From Eledone cirrhosa (taxonomy: Eukaryota): a stretch of DNA of 64,000 bases. Location: positions 63,240,001 through 63,304,000 of the forward strand of contig OZ024743.1 of NCBI GenBank assembly GCA_964016885.1. Direction: 5' to 3'. Numbering within the stretch: the first letter of the stretch is position 1; each line of letters starts with the position of its first letter. The translations under genes and the position numbers were made by a program. Positions 39,911 to 50,196 of the stretch are shown in pieces. The notes under the pieces were generated by a model, which was not told the origin of the DNA, did not search any database, and saw nothing but the letters and a program-made list of their open reading frames with translations.

Positions 39911-40704
39911 ATAAGGGAGAGCCAGGTGTGTCATTCTCAAGCCAATTAGACTGATTTCAGGTACAATTCATCTAGCATGACTTCAATTTCACAAAGTTTC
40001 CGTTTACCAAATTTTAATCAGAAGTCTTGGGTTGATCTGAAGGGTAAAGACTTGCCTGATATGCCACAGAGTGAATTCAAACCCAGGACCTCATGATTGC
40101 AAAACAAACTTCGTAACCATGCACGCCTGTGATGTTTAAATAAACTCCAGCACGACTTGTGTTATGGCTGGTGTCTAATATTGAAGAAAATAATATAAAC
40201 AGCAATTGGAAGGTGTGAGAGATGTCCCTTGGCTTGTCTTAGAGAACAGGAGCTCCGATTAAATACTAACTTGGTGTGGAATGACCCGTCCAACCCATGC
40301 CAGCAAAACAAATTATAAGTGTAAAATGAAGATGGTGGTGGGCAACAGCAATGACAACGACAATCAATACTTCTTATCTCCTGGTCAGAAAATCTGATTT
40401 CCTATATTTTCTTATCTTGGCATCATTTATCTGAGACAAATAAAAGCAACTATGTACTTTTCAGAATAGTGGCTGTTCATACTTAAACATTATATATAAT
40501 ATATATATATATATATAATGTATGAGATAACAAAGTTTCACTTTAAAATGTTTTTTATTGCATATCAAACACTACATATGTTTCACAGATGATTGGCTTG
40601 AGGTCTTTATCAGTGTGATACTCCAGTATCGATTTGCTTATCAGATGTATGAACTCAAATAAATAAATATAAATATATATATATATAGTAAATAACAGAC
40701 ATAT

Positions 40705-40903
40705 TACCAAGAATTCCAAGTGGAAGGATGTTGTGGTAGAGAAAGATGTGGGTAAGGGGTGGTGAAAGGTGATCTCAAGAAACTACACCTCGAACAGGAG
40801 GTGGCAAAGGAAAGAGACAGCTGGAGAAATGCTGTAGTGGAGAGGATTCATCTAACACATATAAGCATAGAAAAATGAATGTAAAACTGTTGACGATGAT
40901 GAT
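40705..40903 (+). mobile_element. Old RTE 3' end with a short UTR
   Basis: G..GR..K.W and D..W.NAV remnants, followed directly by the terminal box (TCTAACACAT..AAGCAT.GAAA..GTAAAAC) and (GAT)n. Confidence 0.55.
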
Positions 40904-41479
40904 ACTAACTAGAATATATAACATACGTTATATTACAGAAACAAAGATATGTATAGTGAGAGGAAGAGTTGACTACATTTATTTTTCAGAGAGTGGTGTA
41001 TGGATGGTGGGATGGCTTTACTGTGAAATGGTAGTAAGAGCCTATTATCAGCCAGGCAGAATGAGGCAATTAGAGTCATGTGCCTAAGTCAGTGAAAGCA
41101 CTAAAGCTATATTTACAAAAAATGAAATATAAATAATAAATATATAAAATTAAAAAAAATAAAAATAAAACTAGATGTTGTTACCAGTAGCAAAATACTT
41201 AGATGGAAAATATAGATATTTTCTTTGATTTTTACTTGAGAACTTTCTCTTGGATTGTTCTAAGTTTCTCTTGACTTTGATTATGCAATGAATAAAAACA
41301 GACAATACTAGGTTATTGACAATAGATTACTATATATTGCACAAAGAAATGATTCTACAATGATATTTTAGAGAGAGTGTGTGGGTGTGTGCATATATAT
41401 AGTGAAGGACAAGGCCAAACTTGGTTAGCTGAGAGGGTTTTCAATCCTCATTATTTTATTAATAATTCTTTTATAGATA

Positions 41480-41745
41480 CTTCTGTCACCTAGGTGACCA
41501 AATTTGACTGCTCTGTGAGTATTGTAGCCAAAATAAGAATGGGGTGAAAAGTATGTCATGGAGCTACTACCTCTACTGGCAACAAATGAATTCACAATCC
41601 AAGCAAAGGGTAGATTAAATGATGCCTGTGCAATGTTGCAAGATAGTAAGATATGGGCATTGAATGGAGAGGATGAGTGAAGGTTAGAAAGAAATGAGGT
41701 GAGCATGATTTGTTGGATGTATAATGATAGTGTATATGAAAACGA
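41480..41745 (+). mobile_element. Decayed RTE C-terminal fragment
   Basis: Remnants of YLGD, ELLPLLAT, RL.DAC and RLERNE..M..WM. Confidence 0.7.
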
Positions 41746-42330
41746 AGAACAGATCAGTTTAATCCTTTAGCATTTAAACCAGCCATATCTGGCCAGAATT
41801 CTCTCACCTCTTTCTGCCTGTTCAAACTGGCCGTAATCAGCCACTCATACTGATGTTAAGGTATTGTTCTCAAAATAAATAATATAAAAATCTCATAAAT
41901 TCAATATTATGTGAGAATTATGTGAGGTAATGCTTTTACCATGAAAATATAATAGTAAATATAGAGCAATGTAAAGACTAAAGGGTTAAGGAAAAACTGG
42001 CCATAAGGGAAATGAGATGTACCATGCAAAAGAAATTATTGCACTGGTATTGGCATGATGTGTAAGAATTATGATTATTGGCTAATGACATGTCAGGAGT
42101 TCCCAGCGGAGGACTGCTACAGAAGAGGAGGTCTGAGGGAAACCTGGGTATAAGTGGTAAGAACTGATCCCACAGAGGAGGTGATGGAACACAAGTGGAA
42201 GCGAACTGTGTTCCATCACCTCCTGTGATCCATCCATACAAGCATAGAAGAGTAGATGTGATGATGTTTTTGGTGATAATGACTTGTATGAAGTGCAACA
42301 TGATTTAATCCTTTTGTTACCATATTTCTA

Positions 42331-45300
42331 ATGAAAGTCTTAAAAATAATTAAGAACTTAGGGAAATTTAGTAATATAATTGATTTTCTCGCAGGAGAAA
42401 TCGTAGAAATGCTAGAGCGAAAGGAAGTTGATGTATGCTGTGTGCAAGAGACTAGATGGAGAGGAGGGTCTGCTAGAGTCCTTGTAGGAAAAAGCCAGTG
42501 CTACAAATTTTTCTGGGTGGGAAATGACGATGGGATGGGTGGTGTAGGTATACTATTAGCTGACAAGTGGGTAGATAAAGTAATCTCAGTGTACAGGGTA
42601 AATGCAAGAATCATTAAACTCAGACTAGTCCTGAATAAGACAATTACCACAATAATATCAGCTTACGCACCCCAATCGGGGCTGCCAGACGAACTTAAGG
42701 ATAGGTTTTACGAGTCCCTAATACACACTACTGCTCTAACAGACGACAAGGACTTCCTAATCATTGCAGGAGATTTTAACGGACACGTAGGTAAACACTG
42801 CGACGGCTTCAATAGAGTACATGGAGGCCATGGAGTTGGCACAAGGAATGAGGAAGGATTCAGACTTCTAGAATTCTGCGACGCCAATGACATGTCGATA
42901 TGTAACACAAACTTTAAAAAACCCGACAACCACCTGATCACCTATAGATCAGGGGAGCACTCTAGTCAGTTAGATTTTATTCTCATCAGAGGACGTGACA
43001 GATGGACGGTCGTAAACACAAAAGCCTTCCCTAGTGAGGAATGTACATCCCAACATAGCTTAGTTGTCAGCGACCTCACGGTCAGAACTAGACGAGCCCT
43101 GAAACAGAGGCCAACCTGGAGAAGAAAGATCTGGAAGCTGAAAGTCCCCTCAACCAGTAACAGATTTAAAGATATTTTACTCAACGCCTACGACAGTAAA
43201 GAAGAACAGATAGAGACATTTAACGTAGAAGAGAACTGGGAGTTCCTAAAAAATAACTTACTAGAGGCGACGGATGAGGTTTGTGGCTGGAGTAAGACCT
43301 CAAGCAGGAGGAGAGTGACTTGGTGGTGGAACAATAAGGTAGATGAAGCAGTCAAGGCCAAGAGACAGGCATGGAAAGAATGGAAGAACGGGGGGAGCAG
43401 GGTACATTACATAGAGACCAAGAGGGAAGCTAGGCGACAAGTATACTTAGCTAGGAGGGAAGCAGAGGATAGAAAATTCAAGCATGTTTTACAACGTGAG
43501 GACCAGAAACAGGAGGTATTCAAGATTGCGAGGCAGTGTGTCAGAGATAGTTGTGATGTCATTGGAGAGAAGTGTATCCGGAATGATAAAGGTGAGCTTG
43601 CCCTCACAAGTGCTGAGAAGAAAGATGCATGGAAGAGTCATTATGATAGATTACTAAATGAGGAGAATGCATGGGAAGAAGAGACCCTACCCCACGTAGA
43701 CCCTATAGAGGGACCAGCAGTACAAGTCAGCGGCAGCGTAGTAAGTAAGGCAATCAGAGATATGAAGATAGGGAAGGCAACCGGTCCATCGGGTATAGCT
43801 GCCGAGATGCTGAAGGCATCTGGGTCTGTAGGTCACACTATAACCACACGTATCGTTAACCAGGTAATACTAGAGGGGGCCATACCAAAAGATTGGTGCA
43901 GTAGCATCATTGTCAACTGCTACAAAGGTAAAGGCGATGCACTAGATAGAGGAAACTATAGAGGTATAAAGTTGATGGACCAGGTCATGAAAGTAACAGA
44001 AAGAGTTATAGCACAGCTGATTAGGGACCGGGTGAATATAGACGAGATGCAATTTGGGTTTGTTCCAGGGAAAGGCACCACTGATGCGCTCTTCCTTGTG
44101 AGGCAATTACAGGAAAAGTACCTAGCTAAAAGTAAGCCACTCTACTTGGCATTTGTCGACCTTGAGAAAGCCTTTGACAGAGTTCCACGTGCAGTAATCT
44201 GGTGGGCTCTTAGAAAACTAGGAGTAGATGAATGGCTTGTGAAAGCGGTACAAGCCATGTATAGGGGAGCAGTCAGCAAAGTTAGGATTGGCAATGAGTA
44301 TAGCGAGGAATTTAGCGTACAGGTTGGGGTCCACCAGGGCTCTGTTCTTAGCCCTCTCCTGTTCATCATAGTCCTGCAGGCAATAACGGAGGAGTTTAAG
44401 ACCGGATGCCCATGGGAACTCCTGTATGCTGATGACCTCGCACTCATAGCTGAATCTATGGTAGAACTAGAGAATAAATTCCAAACCTGGAAGCAGGGAC
44501 TAGAGAGAAAGGGCCTCAAAGTCAACATGACAAAGACTAAGGTCCTTATAAGTAGACGAGAAAACAGAACCCAGATCCCCTCAGGGAAATGGCCTTGCTC
44601 AGTATGTAGGAAAGGTGTAGGTAGGAACTCCATTCTTTGCCCCAAATGCAAACAATGGGTACACAAGAGATGTAGCGGGATCTCAGGAAGCTTAATTAAG
44701 AATGTAGGATTCACATGCAGCAGCTGTGCTGAAACAGCAAGCAAACAGCCACAGGAAACAAGTACCACCAATCTCTGGGAGGGCCCTGTAGAAACAGTAG
44801 ACAGCTTCTGCTACCTAGGTGACCGAATTAGCAACGGAGGTGGGTGCTCAGAAAGTACAATAACTAGGGTAAGAACGGGATGGAAGAAGTTTAGGGAACT
44901 ACTACCACTGCTAGCTGCAAAAGGCTTCTCCCTCAGAATGAAAGGCAGACTGTATGATGCGTGTATCCGAACAGCGATGTTGCATGGTAGTGAGACCTGG
45001 GCGCTGAAGGTGGAAGACTTACGTAGATTAGAGAGAAACGAAGCCTGCATGCTCCGATGGATGTGTAACAGTAATATACGTGAACGACAAAGCATAAATG
45101 AATTGAGAGAGAGACTGAGCATAAGAGGAATCAAATGCTGCGTGCAGGAGAGGCGGTTACGCTGGTATGGACATGTGATGCGTATGAAGGATGACAGCTG
45201 CATAAAAAGGTGCAGAGCACTAGAAGTTGATGGAAACCGCGGAGTGGGGAGACCCAAGATGACTTGGGATGAGGTGATAAAAGCCGACCTTACCCAACTA

Positions 45301-45387
45301 CACCTCTCAAAGTCAATGACACACGACCGTGACTTCTGGCGTCACGCAGTAATACAGGGTACCCGACCTCCCATGGGTACATGCTGA
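42331..45387 (+). CDS. RTE LINE APE-endonuclease/reverse-transcriptase ORF (1018 aa; first 20 codons come from the flanking MITE)
   Basis: ORF track 42331..45387 has no stops. C4HC3 finger at 44596-44727. Confidence 0.9.
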   Translation: MKVLKIIKNLGKFSNIIDFLAGEIVEMLERKEVDVCCVQETRWRGGSARVLVGKSQCYKFFWVGNDDGMGGVGILLADKWVDKVISVYRVNARIIKLRLVLNKTITTIISAYAPQSGLPDELKDRFYESLIHTTALTDDKDFLIIAGDFNGHVGKHCDGFNRVHGGHGVGTRNEEGFRLLEFCDANDMSICNTNFKKPDNHLITYRSGEHSSQLDFILIRGRDRWTVVNTKAFPSEECTSQHSLVVSDLTVRTRRALKQRPTWRRKIWKLKVPSTSNRFKDILLNAYDSKEEQIETFNVEENWEFLKNNLLEATDEVCGWSKTSSRRRVTWWWNNKVDEAVKAKRQAWKEWKNGGSRVHYIETKREARRQVYLARREAEDRKFKHVLQREDQKQEVFKIARQCVRDSCDVIGEKCIRNDKGELALTSAEKKDAWKSHYDRLLNEENAWEEETLPHVDPIEGPAVQVSGSVVSKAIRDMKIGKATGPSGIAAEMLKASGSVGHTITTRIVNQVILEGAIPKDWCSSIIVNCYKGKGDALDRGNYRGIKLMDQVMKVTERVIAQLIRDRVNIDEMQFGFVPGKGTTDALFLVRQLQEKYLAKSKPLYLAFVDLEKAFDRVPRAVIWWALRKLGVDEWLVKAVQAMYRGAVSKVRIGNEYSEEFSVQVGVHQGSVLSPLLFIIVLQAITEEFKTGCPWELLYADDLALIAESMVELENKFQTWKQGLERKGLKVNMTKTKVLISRRENRTQIPSGKWPCSVCRKGVGRNSILCPKCKQWVHKRCSGISGSLIKNVGFTCSSCAETASKQPQETSTTNLWEGPVETVDSFCYLGDRISNGGGCSESTITRVRTGWKKFRELLPLLAAKGFSLRMKGRLYDACIRTAMLHGSETWALKVEDLRRLERNEACMLRWMCNSNIRERQSINELRERLSIRGIKCCVQERRLRWYGHVMRMKDDSCIKRCRALEVDGNRGVGRPKMTWDEVIKADLTQLHLSKSMTHDRDFWRHAVIQGTRPPMGTC

Positions 45388-45693
45388 AGCATATAAACAA
45401 TATGCCCCCCCCCCCCCCTCCACCGCAAGGTGGCCGTGGAGGTGCCACGGCAAAAAAGCACCCAGCCCACACTGTAAAGTGGACGTGTAGGCGCCACGAA
45501 AAAGCACCCAGCACTCACTGTAAATGAGGTTGGTGTTAGGAAGGGCATCCAGCTGTAGAAATCAAGCCAGATCAGTTCCTGTATGAGCAAGGCATGGTCA
45601 GCCGACCAGACACTGCCCACAACAGGACAACCCGTCTAACCCATGCTAGCGTGGAAGAACGGACGTAAAACGGTGATGATGATGATGATGATG
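42391..45693 (+). mobile_element. Near full-length RTE-clade LINE, slightly 5'-truncated, with (GAT)n tail
   Basis: Uninterrupted frame with APE motifs (CCVQET, SAYAPQ, GDFNGH, LDFIL) and RT motifs (QFGF, FVDLEKAFD, HQGSVLSP, YADD, YLG), plus the RTE C-terminus (RLRWYGHV..RGVGRPK..W). About 300 bp of 3' UTR, then (GAT)n at 45675-45695. Confidence 0.96.
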
Positions 45694-47020
45694 ATTATTA
45701 AACTGATGTTTAGAGCATAAATTAAATGTTCTCTACTCAGAATTATAATGGAATATTTTTAGATAAATATAAACACTTTAAAATAAATAGTTTTGTATTG
45801 TAGAACCAAGGAAAGGCAGTTTCAGATGATTTGGTTTTAAAATAGTTAAGGTAAACTCAGTTGTGGTGAGATTTAACTCAGAACAATGAAGAAATGAAAA
45901 TGAAAGTTAAATTTGCAGGGGAGGCCACTCTTCCAAACTTATTTTATACTTTATTCAATAAATTTCAATTGAATTATGTTTGTATATGAAACTAAAAAAA
46001 AATTAAAAAAATTAGATAGCAAAAATAAGGGAAAGGAGGAAGGAGCAGCAGATTCTACACCCCAGTCTTTACCCATCGACAAATTGGTGAAAGTGCTGCG
46101 GCAGACAACAGCCAACGACACCTGCTGCATCAGCCATTCAACCTCATGGGATGCACTCCTCCCAATTTTGCTGAGGAAAATGGCAGTTTGGGGGATTGAG
46201 AACACCTGATGTCTTGATGGTGACTGGTACAAAAAGAATTATACATTTTATACATACATATATAAAGTGAGGAAGTAAAAATTAAAACGTAGAAATTATT
46301 ATTATTTTTGGAGGATGAAAATTAGGCTAGTTACATCTACATTTAGCTATCTTCCACTGTTCTGCATTACAGGCAGCAATGTCTAGGTTTGTGACCAAAA
46401 CAACAAGGTTGGATACAGCAAACGTGTCGCAGAACATGGCAACCCAGCTTAGAGATTTAAGAAGAAGAAATGATATAGCAATTTCTTATCTCAGCTATTT
46501 ATACCAGCATTAATTGGATGTAAACAGCATAGCTAGCTTATATAATGTCATAAAAGAAATACTAAACCATTGGAATATCCCTGTTGAGTTCAGTGAGATT
46601 AGAAAGATCACTTAGCCTGAAATGTCATAAAAACATGAAAATCTAGGGAGAACAAATACCAAAGTTTCTCAAATGTATCCCCAGAAACTATTGTTATAGG
46701 TGGTGGTGGTGGTGGTGAGAGAAGACCAGGAAAAATAACACAAACTGTAGAAAGCATTTCAATAATTAATGTGAACTCAAAAACAATATCAATAATAATA
46801 ATGGTTTCTACTTTAGGCATAAGGCCAACAATTTTTGCAGGAGGAAAAGTCAATTAAATCAAGCTCAGTAGATTACTGGTTCTTTATTTTATTAACCTGG
46901 GAACAATGAAAGGCAAAGTAGACAGTGGCAGGATGTTAACTCAAAACAAAGAACCAAGACAAATACTATACAGCATTTCTTCTGATATTCTCATAATTCT
47001 GACAACCCCCACCCCAATAA

Positions 47021-47183
47021 TAATTGTTTCTACTTTTGGCACAAGGCCAGCAATTATCCCAGTGGTACTTTATTTTATCGACCCCGTAAGGATGAAAGAC
47101 AAAGTTAACCTCGGCGGGATTTGAACTCAGATCATAAAGGGCCATAATTATGCTGCGAAGCATGGTGTCCGACCCTCTACCAA
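47021..47183 (-). mobile_element. SINE S1
   Basis: Reverse complement of the same consensus. A more degenerate copy lies at about 46795-46985(-). Confidence 0.85.
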
Positions 47184-47354
47184 TGCCATTATTTCTAATA
47201 ATGATTATTATTATTAATATAGCAGTATATATATATATATATACTATATATATACTATATATATTAATATAGCAGTATATATGTATATATACTATATATA
47301 TTAATATAGCAGTATATATATTGATATATATATACTATATATATTTATATTAAC

Positions 47355-47540
47355 GGCGGTGGATTGGCAGTACCGGTAGAGGGTCGGACGCCATGCTTTG
47401 ACGCATAGAGTTGCGGCCCTTGCCATTCTGAGTTCAAATCCTGCCGAGGTTAACTTTGCCTTTCATCCTTACGGGGGTCGATAAAATAAAGTACCAGTAA
47501 TACACTGGGTAATTGCCAAAAGTAGCAACAATTATTATTA
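47355..47540 (+). mobile_element. tRNA-derived SINE family S1, representative
   Basis: A-box-like TGGCAGTACCGG and B-box GAGTTCAAATCC, core GGTTAACTTTGCCTTTCATCCTTACGGGGTCGATAAAATAAAGTACCAG, (ATT)n tail. Confidence 0.85.
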
Positions 47541-50008
47541 ATATAGCAACAATGACAAATCTCTACATCTAAGTACATGGTTAGGTTACATCTAATTGAT
47601 GTATCCAATTAAATTAAAAGATTACTATTTTTTTTACATAATTATAATCGTCATCATCGTTTTTACATTCTGGAATGGGTTGGGTGGTTCGAGACCTGAC
47701 AGATCAGAGCAACCTCATGTTGCTGTTGCATTCTATATTTGGTATGGTTTCTATAACTGGATGCTCTTCCTAACACCAACCACCTTACAGGGTGTACCGG
47801 GCGTGGTTTTGAATTACACTTTAACTACTACTTTACAAGGTGAACCGGGTGTTTTATCATGGTACTAGCACTAGAAAGGTTGTCACACAATCGTGCAGAC
47901 TGAAAAGTCCTCATACTTGGTATTCTCATATTAAAAGCCATTCTATATTTGAAAAGAGAGAAAAGGCCACAGTATGGGAATTTTAATGATACTGTTCTAA
48001 CAGATTGGGTGTTGGTCTGTTTGTGGAGTGAATATGAAAACAAAGAATAAAAATGAAGTAAAAAAAAACAATGATATTTTAAATAGCAATATCTATTATT
48101 ATTAACTCTTAACATCTGTAATGATTTATCAGAAAATGTGCAAAATCTCACCAAACAGGCCTGAAACATGTGCTGGTTCTGTGAAACAAAATTGTTTATT
48201 TTGAAATGCATATATTTTTTCTGTGCATATAATTTGAAGTATTCTATTGCCTAAAAATAGTGATTCATCCCATTTTTATGATGATCAAATTTTTTTCTTC
48301 AATCTTTAAACATCTGAATTCTAAAAAACTAGTGTCAGCTGCTACCCATTTTTCTCAAATGCTCACTAGCCTTGGAAACCATTGTCAAAAGACAGCTTTT
48401 GCATCTGATATTAGCAGAAATGAAAGTACATGGCTTACTGGTTAGGGTGTTGGACCCATGGTCATAAGGTTGTGATTTTGATTTCTTGATTAGATGGTGT
48501 CTTGCCTTCTTGGGCAAGATGCTTCATTTCAAATTGCTTTTCATGATGGGACCATTCCAAACACCAGCTTAATAATGAAAAAGTTATATTACTAAATCCA
48601 TCCAAATTCTTGAATATTTTCAAAATTATTTGAAAATCATACAGTGTCTTTCTTTAGAAATATCGTAATGGATGATTACTTCAATCCCTTTAGTTAGATA
48701 TTCATATTGGGGTGAGGGAAGACATTGAAAAATTGTTAACCCTTTTGTGACTGCATTTCTAATGAAATATACTATTTCAATTAATTAATTGAGAATTTTG
48801 AGGGATTTACTAAAAATTGTAATTATTTCATTACTAAGATAGTAATTTAACATATCGTTCTTATATAAAATTCTGTTGGAAGATTTTAATTTAAATAGAA
48901 ACACATAAAATGGGTGGGTTTGTTTCAAAGAATCAAAGTTGGATTTGACAGGGTTGTTATCAAATGTGTTGAGATAGAGATAGTTCCAGAATATATTGCT
49001 GGGATCACAGGGATATATATCTGTACCAACTAATCTGGTAAGAGAAATCAATATTTTTGAGAGGATACTTAATCGTTTTAATCTCAGTTGGCACTCTCTG
49101 CACACTTAATTGCAGTAGTGCAGCTGCTACACACATACAAATAACTAGATAGCAATAAGAAAAAAATCTAGATGGGTTAACATGACATAACTAAAATAAC
49201 TTTAAAACACTACAACCATTATCAAATGCATCCAATACACTGTAAAGTGGTTTTGCTGGTGCAACAATAAAATACACCCAGCTTACATTGTAAAGTGATG
49301 GTTTTGGTCACATGATAAAATGCACTCAGTAGTACATATTATAAAGTGGTTAGTGTAAGGGAGGGTATCTTGCCATAGATAACATTCCAATATGGTGTGT
49401 ATGAGAAAGAGATGTGGTCATCTAACATGTCAAAGCTCAAAATGTGACAGCTTGTCTAACCCATGCCAACATGGAAAATAGACATAAAATGTTGATGATA
49501 ATGATGATGGCGATGTTGTACTGCACATTGGAGTATCCTTAAATGATTCCTGTAGCATATCATTTTTCTATGAGAAAAGGCTGTTAGCCCAATGTTCAAC
49601 ATTTTTTTCAGAGAAAATTTTCCATCAAAGCTGTGCAGTTGTATTGGTGCCACACACAACAAAAGGCTGCTACTCAGTATCTATGAAATAATGCTGTGGA
49701 ATAGTTTTCAATTTAAAATATTTTTTGCTCAAATGTTCTTCTCAGTGATTGGGAGAAATTAAAGCTAATGTTGCTCACATTCACAAAATAGTTGATTCCA
49801 AGATAGGGAGAAAGAGAGCACAGAATCGACCCCAGGAGGAAAAAAGATAAAGTTGACCTTAGAGGGATTTGAACTCAGAGTGCCTAGAGCTGGAATAAAT
49901 ACAACAAATATTGGTTCTATCAATCTGCTGCCTATGTAATTCTACATGACCCAGAATGTCATCACAATTAATAAAAGTTTGAATTATTTTAACATGTTCA
50001 TATTACTG

Positions 50009-50196
50009 TACCGAGGTGCTGCAAAGTTCCTGGCTTTGGGTAAAAGAAAATACAAGAAAATCAATTAATTATGATTTTATTCAATATATTTCCCTTTCAG
50101 ATTCACACACTTATAGCGGTTTGGCTTTGACTGTAAAGGTAACAGCTCTACCCTTTTACGATACTCTTAAGCCAGGAACTTTTCAGCACTCCAGTA
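50009..50196. mobile_element. Tc1/mariner-type MITE, same family as 20369-20588
   Basis: TA..GGTGCTGCAAAGTTCCTGGCTT ... AAGCCAGGAACTTTTCAGCACTCCAGTA. The first ~105 bp match the other copy. Confidence 0.75.

Noticed and set aside
44142-45257. Antisense ORFs of 209 and 148 aa (and 7540..8040)
   Set aside because: Shadows of the LINE coding frame with no independent motifs.
47355-47445. tRNA genes at SINE heads
   Set aside because: A/B boxes are present but there is no full cloverleaf, and each continues into a multicopy SINE body.
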